Shown: piece by piece, positions 50,675 through 64,000 of the stretch
Layout: every line of letters begins with the position of its first letter
How positions within the stretch are numbered: the first letter of the stretch is position 1
The notes under the pieces: generated by a model
The model's database searches: none
Told to the model about the DNA's origin: nothing
What the model saw: the letters and a program-made list of their open reading frames with translations, nothing else
NCBI GenBank assembly: GCA_012295275.1
Contig: CM022679.1
Span: forward strand, 9,796,001-9,860,000
Length of the DNA: 64,000 nucleotides
Direction of reading: 5' to 3'
DNA from: Chrysomallon squamiferum
Lineage: Eukaryota; Animalia; Mollusca
Translations under genes and position numbers: made by a program

Positions 50675-52742
50675 TATAGATAGAATATATATATATATAT
50701 ATATATACATACATACATACATAATTGTATGTTTGTGTGTGTATGTGTGCGTGTATGTCTGTGAGCATATAAATCTATACATATATAAAGAAATTTTCTT
50801 ACATTTCTTAAATCACACAGAGTTATGAAAACAATGACAGTAACTGGTTGTAAAACAAACCTCTGCTTGCTGTGCTTCTTGTACAAAATCATTTCCTTTA
50901 ACCTGATTGAGAAAGATACACTGTGGTGACAACCTGGCATGCTGAACCCAAGGATCAGCCTGGCGTCTCCACTTCTTCAGACCCACCCCACAACAAAAGC
51001 ATACCACTTTGTCTGCACACCCTAAAAGAAATATTAATATTAATACATTTGCTATTGTAATTTTGCTATTATGTATTATTTAAGCTGCTGCAGCCAATTA
51101 GTTAACTGATAAAGTGCAAATTTATGCAAGTGTATGTTCTTGCTCAATGGCCATTACAGGAACTGCATTCACTCTCTGGTATGAGCATAAAACTGAATAT
51201 TTTGGATGTTGTTTTAATATATTTATTTTAGCTGACCTTTTAAATTAGAGACTGACTAGTAAATTAATTCATTTTGTTTTCATATACCTTAGTATTTATA
51301 TAACTTTTAGATAAAGTTTTACATGAAGTTTTCTTAAAGTGTGTTGTTTACATTAAAGTTTTAGAATTTAAACTCGTGTCAGTGTTATTTATTTATAATA
51401 GCTTATTATTAATAATAAGTATATAAAAAATAACATTTGTTTCCTGCTTTTGTTTTCTTGCTTTTTTTTCTGATTACTTTTATACCTAACTTTTCAAGAT
51501 ACAAAATATATATTGCACTTGCAGCAAACCATTTTCTCAGATAACCAAGGTTATGTACCTGCATTTACATACCATAACTGTTTCTTCTTTTTGTTTATTA
51601 ATTAGTTAAGGACAAATATATATACTTATTTTTAATTACACAGTGAAGTAATAAGTACAGTGCCACAGCACTTTTTTAAACCTAAATAATTCTGGGATAT
51701 CATTTTTTTAGTTTGCTTCATTCAGCATAATTTGATAGGTAATAAAAGTTGTTCTTACCCCCACATGTCACTACAGTATTTATTAAATTCACCAAGAAGC
51801 TGATACTACTAAAAAAACAAATAAATGATGAATTTTACCTGTATAATAAAATCCTGCCTCATTAAGTTGCTCAGCTGTTTGGTACAACTGTGGTGACCAT
51901 TCACGGAAAGTATTTAGTCTTTGATCATGACTTTCAAATTGTGGATGAACAGCAAAAGGTTTTTCCAGACTCGAAACTTGTAATTGTTCTGACTGCTTCA
52001 TAGCATTTATTTCATTTTCCAATTTTAATGTGATATTCCCCACATCAACCTTCAACACAAAAGGACACTGTGGTTTCTTTTTTTGATGCTGAGAATTAGG
52101 TGATTCTGCTGAAAATGGTAAACAAAGATTACAAAAAACACACTGTACCATATCTGTAGGTTTGAAAATGAATCCATTTGCTGCCCATTGTGATGCCTTC
52201 AGTAAATTCTCAGTACATTTGGTCAGATTGTCAAATGTCAGTATTCTTCTGCTTTCGAATAAATAATCGGCTCCACCAATTGGTGCAAACATTTCATTTT
52301 CATTGACTTTAGGTTGGTCAGTGTATAAGTAACAGTTATTTTCCAAACAAATACTTCCGAAATCATTTCTTTGCGAAAATAAATTCCTTCTTGCCGTGTT
52401 GACATCTCCAGGAATTATCAAAGGCGCTGGTGTCGAAATTGGTGAAGCCTTCAGAAATGGACAGTTAGGGCTGATGGTTCGATGTACCGCCATAGGAGAT
52501 TCTCCTCGTGGATTCTTCCATTCAGCTGAACATGCAAAGCAAGATAAAATATTCCCATTTGTTCCAGGAACACAATAAAAACCTGCTTTAGCAAGTTTTA
52601 ATGGTGAATTATATCTCAAGTTCCAGCATCCAAACGTTGATGATGAATTGACAGTGGCAACATCCATAGCATTAGCTCGAAATGATGCTAACCTGACATA
52701 CATGTTGGACATGTCATTTACCTGGTTATCTGCCATGATCAT
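47795..52742 (-). CDS. Inhibitor of apoptosis (BIRC-like) copy B, intact: 3 BIR + UBA-like + charged heptad repeat + RING, 726 aa
   Basis: Exons 51839-52742, 50861-51021, 50338-50377, 49857-50000, 48303-49004, 47795-48024 (2181 nt, phases consistent). BIR motifs RLASF..LAKAGFY..CFAC..H..CPF, RILTF..AANGF..CVFC..H..CPF and [57 protein letters not shown]. Confidence 0.93.
48385..48910 (-). repeat. Coding VNTR in IAP exon 5: 42-nt (ERERLRGQQLEEEK) and 21-nt (ERERQEK, EEERRRQ) units; also at ~38670-39210 and ~57865-58275
   Basis: Seen directly in DNA and in ORF 48277..49068. Confidence 0.95.
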
Positions 52743-55700
52743 ATAGTGTCTTAAAATAGTTGCACAAAAATATCGTTAGGGGTCTCAAAGATTCTTTGAA
52801 TGAATTTTCCAAATCTATCAACCAAAACAATAGTTACAACTCCATGCTAAAATGTTCACTTCCGGTTCATGATGTTCTCCCTTATATATTTACGCACCTC
52901 CTTTAATCTATTTCTGTGAGGTAGACAGCATTATAGGCAAATATGCTTTCATTTTCCCATCATATTTAAGCAGAGAGACTTTTCAAGTTTAACAGTTGCT
53001 GCAGTTTCACATCTAAAAAGTAAAATGTTCTTTCTACAAGATTTAAACGATCATGACAATTACCCATATAATCTAATGAAGGCAAAAAAACTACTCCGTT
53101 TGATCTCACAATATTTTATTATCCAATTAAATAGGTGTGTGGACTCCTACTTGACATTAACAGAGGAATAATAATTTCGTGTTAAATATAACAACTTTGT
53201 TCGTGATATATAGCGTCTTTGTTTCGAAGAGCACTAGATATTCATGTGAGAAATAATAAATACATAGCTAGGTTTACTCAATACCAGGAAGAATATTTTA
53301 GAAGAAAATCATGTTTAGATAGTTTCATCCAGTGTCATCTGATTCCACAAGGCAAATTACAGAACGACTGATGTATTAATAATATACAGTGACACAATAA
53401 TCATAATTATATTATGAAGCAAATAATAAGTGGAATCATTATTTAAAAGGATAAAAACACAAAGGAACAATTATAATAAAAAATATAGCTATCAGCAATA
53501 TCCGATACTGACTGACTGAAAACTAAAATAAAATAGAATGTGTAATTTTTTGGAAATTAAATGGGCTTCAGATAAAAAACACACATTACGTATTGATGTA
53601 CAATGATGATTATAAATACTTAAACCATCTTTTATATAATTCAGTTTCCTTTTAACTTCTTACGTCTGCTTATATTTGTAATGTAGTTTTCAACAAAAGT
53701 TTGGTTTTCTTAATGAGACATTCCCAGACTTTAATAGTTTTATGTTTGTAAGAAATGTATGTCAGAGGTTATTGTTTATTTCAAGAAGATTTTTCCATCA
53801 TTTATGCTTCTTCTTCTTCTTATAATAATAATAATAATAATAATCATAATAATCATAATAATCATAACAATAATATATTGATGTTAGTGTGATATGAAAT
53901 AGATTTTTTTCCACTAGAATGTTAAGTTCTTATATTTAATCTCACACAATGGTTTAGGATTTCCCATACTCATGTTAACAGGTGTGTGATTTGCACTGAA
54001 TTAATGTTAATGAAACATCAACATATTTTAATTGTAATAAACATATCTTAAAGCTTTCTTCTTCTTTCTGTTTCTTTTTTAATTTTTTTTTCAGTTTTTA
54101 TTTTTTTTTATTTTTTTAAAATATAATGATAGCATGAATCAGGTAGTATCTGTTTTTAAGAGGGGAAAATATATAAATATTTTTATTATTTTATATCCCT
54201 AATTTGAGGCCCTTCGGTGGAATGGGAAATATCCTAATCAGTGTACCATGGATGACTGATCATATCGGCAGGTTGAGCAGTCCACTCACTTCATTTGCTG
54301 GTATATAGAGATTTGTGCATCCAATGAAATTTTGTTTTTAATAAAAACACACATGGTTTTCAACATGAATAAAATTATCCAGTATAAAACTTAATACTTT
54401 AAAATTCTTAACAGTTAAAGGACTACATAATTGGCTCCAAACAAACATTAAGAAAAAAAAATCTTAACTGGTCTCTCACTACTGCATTGTCAAATTTAAA
54501 GTTTTTCACTGTTGTTCATTACTCATTAAAAAATAATAATTCAGTGTTACAGTATTTAAAAAAGTATTTATTCAGTCAGTCAAAAATAAATAAATAAGGA
54601 AAAAAATACAGTAATACTAATAATGTAGTAATAATAACTAATAAAATTACAAAATTAATATTATTAGGGATATTTTCTCTTTTGTTATTTACCACCAACC
54701 TTTCAGACAGTGGATTATTTTTAATTAACATCATTTACACCTTGCTAAAAACATTATCACCTGGAAATACACGTTCTCCCTAAGCATTGTTAATTTATAA
54801 CACTGACAAATAACAACAAAAATAACTAATTGAGTTTAATGTTTTTATTTTTATTATATAAGGATAAAAATACATTCAAGTTTAATTTTTTAAAAATGCA
54901 CAATTCTGAACACTGATAAAAAAGCCATTTTACAAAAGGGTTAAGAAATTAACCATCAGTTTGTTCAAAATGCACATCTTGTAAAAAGATAAGTAAAAAT
55001 GTTTATTTAACATATATTTAGAAATAGTGATCCAGCACTACATGAGACTAAAAATGAAATCATGACAGCAATATAATAATATTAAATAAACAAGTGGTTT
55101 CCTAACTGCTGCCTTATTCCTTGATGAATACATATAGAAATAAATTAATAATAAATATAATTTTTTAATTTTTTATTTGTTTTGGCATGGTAATGAAAAT
55201 GAACTATTATTATTTTTACCAAAAGAAAACAATGAATTTCTTTATTTTAAAACTGATTAAAAATGAAGTATTATAATTGAACATGACAAAACTGTGAGAT
55301 AAGATTTAAATAGGTACCAAACATATTTAAGGTTACTAAAAGAAGATAATCGAAAAAATTAATTTCATTAAAAACAGATAAAGTATATGAAACATCATGA
55401 TATTAATAAATAAATTGATTTATTATAATAAAAGTGATAACTGTTACAAAAAAAGGGATGGCATTAAAATTGAAAATGTGAATGGTAAAATATATTTTTT
55501 CCAAACTAATCTTCTGTACTGGAAAATGTAAAACCCCAATCCTTAAGAATCTGAAATCAAAATAATTTGTTATAAATGATGGTATATGTTTTCATCAAAT
55601 TATAAAAATAATGAAATGAAATAAAATAAACTATATGGTTTATCAAACATACATGATGAATACAGTATTTAAATTCTTAAAACAAATGATGACTTTACAA

Positions 55701-57255
55701 GACAAAGAAAAATGATCTACATATTAAAATACCTATGCAATGTACATTATATACAAAATGAATATATACAACAAGCACTAAAACTGCATCCTTGTAAAAA
55801 CAGTTATATTATTTGAAACGTTAAGATATTTGTTATATTTCAGATAACTTTAGGTTGATAGAAACATGATTATACCCCATTCAAGTGACATCCTGGGCTG
55901 GTGCAATAACTGCTGTACATTAGATATGCCATTATGCATATAAAACAAGAACAAGTCTATATCTAGTGCATATATCAACAACAGTAAATAAAAAGAGATA
56001 CAAAGCATACAGAACAGAATTCTACAAAGCATACTCCGGAATATATATATATATAATTATGAAATTCTAAGTAACTGAATATACATAACAAAGCCATAAA
56101 ACAACATTTCACTGCTTATTAAAAAATTGAAAATATAAATACATACATGTATGTTTATGTGTGTGTAGGTATGTGTGTGTGTGTGTATATATATGTGTGT
56201 ATTGCACATGCACATATCTAACAAAATGGCAACTACACTGCATTTTAACAAACAATATTATTTATCTAAATAATAATAATATTAACAACAGTAATAGTAG
56301 AATAATATCAGATTCTACTGCAGTAAAAATTTATTGAATTTTGCCATTACAAATACATACAAGCTCAGTATCCAGATGTGTAAAATAACCAAATTTATAA
56401 ACCGGGTAGTCATTTTTTAAGAGTTTCAATGATTTAGTTTTTATATACATATAAACCAAATACATTAATTTAAAATTACAAGAAGTTTTTCCTCTTCTTC
56501 TTTTTTTTTTTTTTTTCTCAAAAAATAATTCTGAATAGTAATAATTAGATTAATGAAGATTATAATTTTATCATGTAAAGATAAGGATTTTACAAATGAT
56601 TGCAATCACAATTTTGATGCATTTCAAGACAAAGCAGCATCTATTTTTCATGGTAGCCTGATAAACTGATGTAAATGCTGCCATATATTCTTTCTGCTGC
56701 CTCTTTCTAAGAAAAAGATGGTTCTGAAGAGTTCTGGTTTCATATATTTAGTTTCTCATTTGTTACTGGCTTTTTTCATATTTCACATTCAAACATAAAT
56801 GTTCAATACAAATATAATTCCCAAAGTAATCAGTTGTTTCACTATGTTATGTAAATTAACAGCAGTCCCCACTCTTTTAATAAAAAAAAAATAGAAAAGG
56901 AAAGAATGAGGAATATTCCTTTTAAAATCAACAAATTATATCCCTCAACAACAGTAACAGTAAATTGTACAAGAATCAAAACAATTCACAAACCTTAACA
57001 GCACTTGATACCTAAGGTTAATGTCATGATTAAGTACTTCAAATAAATAAAATATATCCACCAGAAATATGTTATTAACTGTTCAATGTTTTTTTTCGGG
57101 GGTGTTTTTTGTTTAAAAGGTTAAATATTTCAGTTCCTTTATCTTCATTTTCATTTTTCAGATCTCACTAAATTACAAATACAATGAGTAGATACAAATT
57201 AAATAAAAATGAAATGGTTTCAAATGCTGTGGATTTTCACAATGATGATGTGAAA

Positions 57256-59952
57256 TCAAGCAATAAAGACAATCTTCCTCTCTGCCACAGTTTGCCTGCA
57301 AACTGGACATGGCTTGTTGATGAAATGCTGTGAACAAACAACTCCACAGCAGAGATGAGAACATGGCAGAAACAAAGCAGTGGCTGGTTCCTGTACACAG
57401 GTGATACACTGGGGAGCCATGTTTGTAACAGGTGAAACAGGTGCTGGAGTGTCAGGTGAAGAAGATGCTGTTTCTTCTTGTGTTTCTAGAAAAGGAAAAT
57501 AACATTTTTATTAGTTTGTACAACCATTAAGAACGAAGCTGTTTAATGATAGTGACAAAGAATTTTGCAATATATCTAAACATAACTTCATATTGCTAGT
57601 ATGTGTCCACATAATTATTTCTATTTGTCAGTAGGCTCAATTCAGTTCACCTGTAAACCCAAAATAGCTTTTTTATCTTTAAAAAGAAATGGTGTATTAT
57701 TAATAATTTTTAAATAATATTAACTCTTTACAGACAATTAATTATTTTTAAATATTATAGTAATAGAAATACTCAGTTACCTTGTCTTTGTCTGAGATTT
57801 AAAATCTCAGCTTTCAGTCTCTGAATTTCTTTCTCTTGTTCAGATAATTCTGAAATATGTCTCTCTTCCTCCTGTCTCCTTCTCTTTTCCGCCTGTCTCC
57901 TCATTTCTTCCTCCTGTCTCCTTCTCTCTTCTTCCTGTCTCCTCCTCTCTTCTGCCTGTCTTTCCTCTTTGTTCCTCTAAATTTAGTTTTTTTTGTCTTT
58001 GTTCCTCTAAATTTAGTTTTTCTTGTCTTTCCCTCTCTTTTTCTTCTTCAAGTTGCTGTCCTCTTAGTCTTTCCCTCTCTTTTTCTTCTTCAAGTTGCTG
58101 TCCTCTTAGTCTTTCCCTCTCTTTTTCTTCTTCAAGTTGCTGTCCTCTTAGTCTTTCCCTCTCTTTTTCTTGTCTTTCCCTCTCTTTTTCTTGTCTTTCC
58201 CTCTCTTTTTCTTTTTCAAGTTGCTGTCCTCTTAGTCTTTCCCTCTCATTTTCTTCTTCAAGTTGCTGTCCTCTTAGTTTCTCCATCTGGAACATCTTCA
58301 GATTGTGATCCTCAGCTTGGAGTTCTCCAATGAGCAGAGGGAAGTTAGGAAAACCACCTACAATATCAGTAATGTACATAAAGAAAAACAATACAAAAAA
58401 AGGAAAAAATAATTTTAAAAATAATAATAAAAGGTTTGATAATAATTCACTCCATTATTCTTACACCTTTTTAAATATATATTTGGTAATATGATGAAAT
58501 ATTAAAATATTATTAAAAATCTGTTATTCATAATTCCAAATTATGTTTTATTTGGTGGGAAGGCTGCAGTCCAGTTTTAACTAATAAGAAAGTAAAATGC
58601 AAAAGAATACTGTTTAGATATATTTCTCTATTAACTCTAAAATGTTAAAATCAAGGTATTATAATGTTTTATAACTGCATTATCTTATTTTCATACTTGA
58701 TTATGAGCAATGATAGTTCCCCTAAAACAATAAATTAATAATTTGGAGGTATAAATAATTTTATCAGATCATTTCTTCTTCTTCTGAAAGGTAATCTTTA
58801 CATAAGGTGTCATTTCAAAGTTTAACATTACAGAATATTTAATTCCAAACATCTGTAAAAACAATGTTATTTCTCATGTCACCAAAGAAAATTCATAAAT
58901 GTAAAAAGAACATTTAAAAAGAAAAGAAGATTTTCTTATCAGTAATAAATAAGGATGAATTGTGTTTTGTGTTATGGGTTTTATCAAATATGATAGCTGG
59001 AAAAAACATATATACATATATATTCTTTCTTACAAAATTAATTTTAAATATATTTAGAAAAACGTTTTTCCAATTTAGATGTTTTTATGTAAAAAGTTTC
59101 AAAAAGAAGGAAAATATCAATTTTTATTGTTTGTACCTTATATTTAAATATTTGTCTAGAACAAAAACACAAATCTGTATTTTCAGAATAATCCCCCTTA
59201 ATCTTTAAAATTTTTATTTTTACAGTTTAACTCCTTAAATGGATTAGACTCATAAATTAAATTCTGTTTACTTTTTATTATTTTTTAACTGGATTTAACT
59301 GACCACTGAAATTGCTATTTATCTTTTGTTTTCTGATTAACTCACAAGTTAAATTGTGAATTTTGAGGATGGCTTGTCGAATTTGTGGCATATTGTACTG
59401 ACATTCAAGAGCTGCCTTGATGACATTGAGGTCAAGACCTTCACTGACTGGACTAGTTGTGGTCACTGTACCATTACTGGACACTGGTCCTGAAAATAAA
59501 ATGAACAGTATTAACACAAAGTTCAGTTAACAGAGAATGTAATTTTAAAATAATTTTACCACTAAATATGAAAGAAATTAAATATTTATTCTTTGGTTCT
59601 ATTATTTATTTACTTATTTATTATTATTATTTTATATTATTATTTTTTGTTTGATATTTTATTATTATTATTATTATTAAATTATGAAAATAATTGTTAC
59701 AGAATATGACTTAAACAAACAAAAACAAAATAATAACATTGTCAAACTCACCTTCTTGGAACCCTTTTGGTGGATCAAAATCAACTTCAATCTATGGAGA
59801 AACAAAATTAAAATTAAAAAAAAAAAAAAACAAGAAATAAATTTTCAGAACAGAAGAAACATCTTCTCTAAAAATAAAGATACTGACATTTCTTGATATA
59901 AATTTTTAATAAAAATGAATTATTTAACAATCCAGATTGCACACTCTTTTGA

Positions 59953-59995
<43 letters not shown>

Positions 59996-60087
59996 ATTTA
60001 TTTCATATATACATACGTTACACACACACACATGTATAAATATATATATATATATATATTCTATCTATGTAAATGTGTATGTGTGTG

Positions 60088-60121
<34 letters not shown>

Positions 60122-62119
60122 AACAAATTTTCTTACATTTCTTAAACCACACATAGTTACGGAAACTATAATTTATTTTAAAACATATTGTTATTCTAAT
60201 AACTAATTGGCTGTAAAACAAACCTCTGCTTGTTGTGCTTCTTGTATAAAATCAATTCCTTTAATCTGATTGAGAAAGATACACTGTGGTGACAACCTGG
60301 CATGTTGAACCCAAGGATCAGCCTGGCATCTCCACTTCTTCAGACCCACCCCACAACAAAAGCATACCACTTTGTCTGCACACCCTAAAAGAAATATTAA
60401 TATATATACATATAATTTTGCTATTATGTATTATTTTGCTACTGGATGTTAAATACCAAAAATCTTTCTTTTTTGAAAACAAATTTTAACATTTTTACTA
60501 AAGACCAGCCCAGTTTTGGGAATTAACTGTATTCTTTTAACTCAAAGTAATGCTAAAAATAATATAAAATTTACATTACAAAAAGTACCAATGATGAGCA
60601 AACAACTTAACAAGTGTATGCTCTTGCTCAATGGTTTATTAAAAGTTCAGGAACTGCATTCATTCTCTTGCTCAATGGCCATTGAACTGCATAAAACTGA
60701 CCTAAAATATTTTTGGATGTTGTTTTAATATATTTATTTTAGCTGATATTTTAAATTAGAGAGCTACAAGTCAATTAATTAATTTTGTTTTCATATACCT
60801 TAGTATTTATATAACTTTTAGATAAAGTTTTACATGAAGTTTTCCTTAAAGTGTGTTGTTTACATTAAAGTTTTAGAATTTAAACTCTTGTCAGTGTTAT
60901 TTATTTATAATAGCTTATTATTAATAATCAGTATATAAAAAAATAACATTTGTTTCCTGCTTTTGTTTTCTTGCTTTTCTGATTAGTTTTATACCTAACC
61001 TTTCAAGATACAAAGTATATAATGCACTTGCAGCAAACCATTTTCTCAAATAACTATGGTTATGTACCTGCATTTACATACCATAACTGTTTCTTCTTTT
61101 TGTTTATTAATTAGTTAAGGACAAATATATATACTTATTTTTAATTACACAGTGAAGTAATAAGTACAATGCCACATCACTTTTTTAAACCTAAATAATT
61201 CTGTGATATCATTTTTTAGTTTGCTTCATTCAGCATAATTTGATAGGTAATAAAACTTGTTCTTACCCACACATGTCACTACAGTATTTATTAAATTCAC
61301 CAAGAAGCTGATACTACTAAAAAAACATTTACTGTCTCCAAATGAATGATGAATTTTACCTGTATAATAAAATCCTGCCTCATTAAGTTGCTCAGCTGTT
61401 TGGTACAACTGTGGTGACCATTCACGGAAAGTATTTAGTCTTTGATCAGGATTTTCAAATTGTGGATGAACAGCAAAAGGTTTTTCCAGACTTGAAACTT
61501 GTAATCGTTCTGACTGTTTCATAGCATTTATTTCTTTTTCCAATTCCAAAGTGATATTCCCCACATCATCCTTCAATACAAAAGGACACTGTGGTTTCTT
61601 TTTTTGATGCTGAGAATTAGGTGACTCTGCTGAAAATGGTAAACAAAGATTACAAAAAACACACTGCACCATATCTGTAGGTTTGAAAATGAATCCATTT
61701 GCTGCCCATTGTGATGCCTTCAGTAAATTCTCAGTACATTTGGTCAGATTGTCAAATGTCAGTATTCTTCTGCTTTCGAATAAATAATCGGCTCCACCAA
61801 TTGTCGAAATTGGCGAAGCCTTCAGAAATGGACAGTTAGGGTTGATGGTTCGATGCACCGCCATAGGAGATTCTCCTCGTGGATTTTTCCATTCAGCTGA
61901 GCATGCAAAGCAAGATCCAAATGTTCCATTTGTTCCAGAAACACAATAAAAACCTGCTTGCGCAAGTTTTAATGGTGAGTTATATCTCAAGTTCCAGCAT
62001 CCAAATGGTGATGCTGAATTGACAGTCACAGTGGCAACATCCATAGCACTAGTTATAAATGATGCTAACCTGACATACATGTTGGACATGTCATTTGCCT
62101 GGTTATTTGCCATGATCAT
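57256..62119 (-). pseudogene. IAP (BIRC-like) copy C: 150-nt in-frame linker deletion and +1 frameshift before the RING; RING-less gene, pseudogene or assembly indel
   Basis: Exons 61360-62119, 60224-60384, 59752-59791, 59346-59489, 57781-58357 (577 nt, not a multiple of 3; frame slips near 57970, TGA at 57840-42), 57256-57485 (RING exon intact). Confidence 0.75.
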
Positions 62120-62968
62120 AGAATATCTTAAAACAGTAACACAAAGATATCTTTATGGGTCTGGAAGACTCTTTGAATGAATTTTCCAAATCTATCAACC
62201 AAAACAATAGTTAAAACTCCATGCTAAAATGTTATGGTTTTAGCTTCCGGTGCTTGGTTTTCCCCTTATATATTTATGCACCCCAAAATCTATTTCTGAC
62301 AAGTAGACAGCATGAGAATCAAAATAGAAATGAAATAAATGAAAAATATATTATTTATTTCATGGTTCTATGACAGAATTATTTATTATGATTTATTTAT
62401 TTATTTATTTATTTATTTATTAGATTTAAGCGGAGAGGTGTTTCAAGTTTAATATTTGCTGCCGTTTCACATCTAAAAAGGAAAATGTTCTTTCTACAAG
62501 ATTTTAAAATTATGCCAATTACCCACATAATCTAATGAACGTAAAATACTATTCTGTTTGATCCGACAATATTTTAATATTTAATCAAATAGATGTGTGG
62601 ACTCCTTCTTGATATTAACAGAGGGATAATAGTGGTTATATGTTAAATATAATGTCTTTCTTTATGACTGATTTTCGAAGAGCAGTTTCTGTTCATGTGA
62701 GAAACAATAAACACAGAGTGACGGTTTAGCAAGGTTTACTCAATCCAAGGAAGAATATTTCTGAAAAAATCATTTTAGATAGTTTCATTTAGCGTCATTT
62801 GATTCCGCAAGGAAAATCACAGAAGAACACTACTAATCTATTAATCAACAGTGACACAACGATGATAATCGGCATTATAAACCATATAAAATAAAGTTAT
62901 CTGTTGTAACAAGTTACAATTTTCTCTAATTAAGGATGCTCTGGGTTGATTTTTGTAGTAGTAGTTGT

Positions 62969-63003
<35 letters not shown>

Positions 63004-63412
63004 ATAATAATAATAATATTGAACAATTATAATAAAAATAAAACTATCAGCAATATCAGATACTAACAGGCTGAAAATTAAAATAAATTAGAATTTGTAC
63101 TGCTATCTTAACATATGATTTGTTAATTTCCGGAAAATTTAGTGGGCAACATCTAAAGAAGACACATTACATATTACAATGAGAATTATAAATAGTTAAA
63201 CCATGGTATATATAATGGAGTTTCCTTTTAACTTCTTACGTCTGCTTATATTTGCAATCTAGTTTTCAACAAAAGTTTGGTTTTGTTAACGAGACCCTTC
63301 CACACTTTAACAGTTTTATGTTTGTAAGAAATTTATCTCAGAGGTTATTGTTTGTTTTAAGAAGATGTTTCATTCATTTATATTTCTTTTCTTCTTCTTC
63401 TTCTTCTTCTTC

Positions 63413-63456
<44 letters not shown>

Positions 63457-64000
63457 CTCTTTTACCAACCACAAAAATTACTGTTCATCGATCTTCATAA
63501 TTTAAAAAAAAAATAATAAATAAATAAATGAATAACAAATGGAAAACGTCTAGTCCATAATTTAGTATTATAAATGGTTGTCTAAATCAGTAAATTCATG
63601 GAAATGATTAAAAATCAACAGTAGTTATAATTTAAGTTCAGCTGCTAATAAATGTATTTGCTCGTGATTCGAATCAAGTCTAGTGTAAAGTTCACTCGTA
63701 TATGTATAATAGTACGACTGACCTATGCTGTCGTGATACCATGCAATTTAAAAACTCTAAAATATTAAAAACAATATATTTTAGAGGCTATTTTAATTTA
63801 TTATATACAAATACATTGTATCTACTATTCTGATACTATACATAAAATTTAAGACATTTATTATAACCATTACATAGTAAGTGATAATCAACAAAAATTT
63901 GACTTTAGATCATCACGATAAGGTCAAGGATTAACAGAACCGGTTGAATTCGTGTTGACTGACCATAGTCCACGGGTTCCTGAATTAAACCTTGAAATTT

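Larger units (their letters stand above)
34135..63453. repeat. Tandem segmental triplication, one IAP gene per unit (A ~34135-44368, B ~44369-53877, C ~53878-63453)
   Basis: Marker ttgaYgttagtgtg with gttagtg at 34141, 44374 and 53883 (periods 10233 and 9509 bp). Introns and flanks are colinear and highly similar; similarity ends after (CTT)n(ATT)n at ~63453. Confidence 0.95.

Noticed and set aside
38782-58333. Plus-strand S/L/F/C-rich ORFs antisense to IAP exons 1 and 5
   Set aside because: Antisense shadows of the purine-rich coding VNTR and the BIR exon.
34135-63453. Triplication as an uncollapsed-haplotype assembly artefact
   Set aside because: Three copies, each with private indels, VNTR structures and many substitutions, fit real paralogs better; long reads are still needed for certainty.

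Overview
AT-rich, microsatellite-laden animal genomic DNA with GT-AG introns. It looks like an invertebrate, possibly a mollusc or other lophotrochozoan, but the taxon cannot be proven from this window. Bases 1-14 kb hold no recognisable gene: simple repeats, a deleted Tc1/mariner element, promoter-like CpG patches and a strong candidate 21-nt + strand microexon. The minus strand then carries CCZ1 (12 coding exons, 14613-22439), tRNA-Ser(CGA), GET4 (9 exons, 27889-33995) and a tandem triplication of a ~9.5-10.2 kb unit (~34135-63450). Each unit holds an IAP gene with architecture BIR-BIR-BIR-UBA-like-[charged heptad VNTR]-RING. Only the middle copy is intact. Copy A has a premature stop after BIR3 created by a locally templated insertion; copy C has a 50-aa linker deletion and a frameshift before the RING. 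Two themes stand out: (1) a divergent IAP array with non-canonical BIRs and a variable-length 7/14-residue charged spacer, and (2) five intronic tandem duplications in CCZ1 and GET4 anchored on splice junctions that amplify splice-site copies. All gene models were built by manual translation; no database searches were run.
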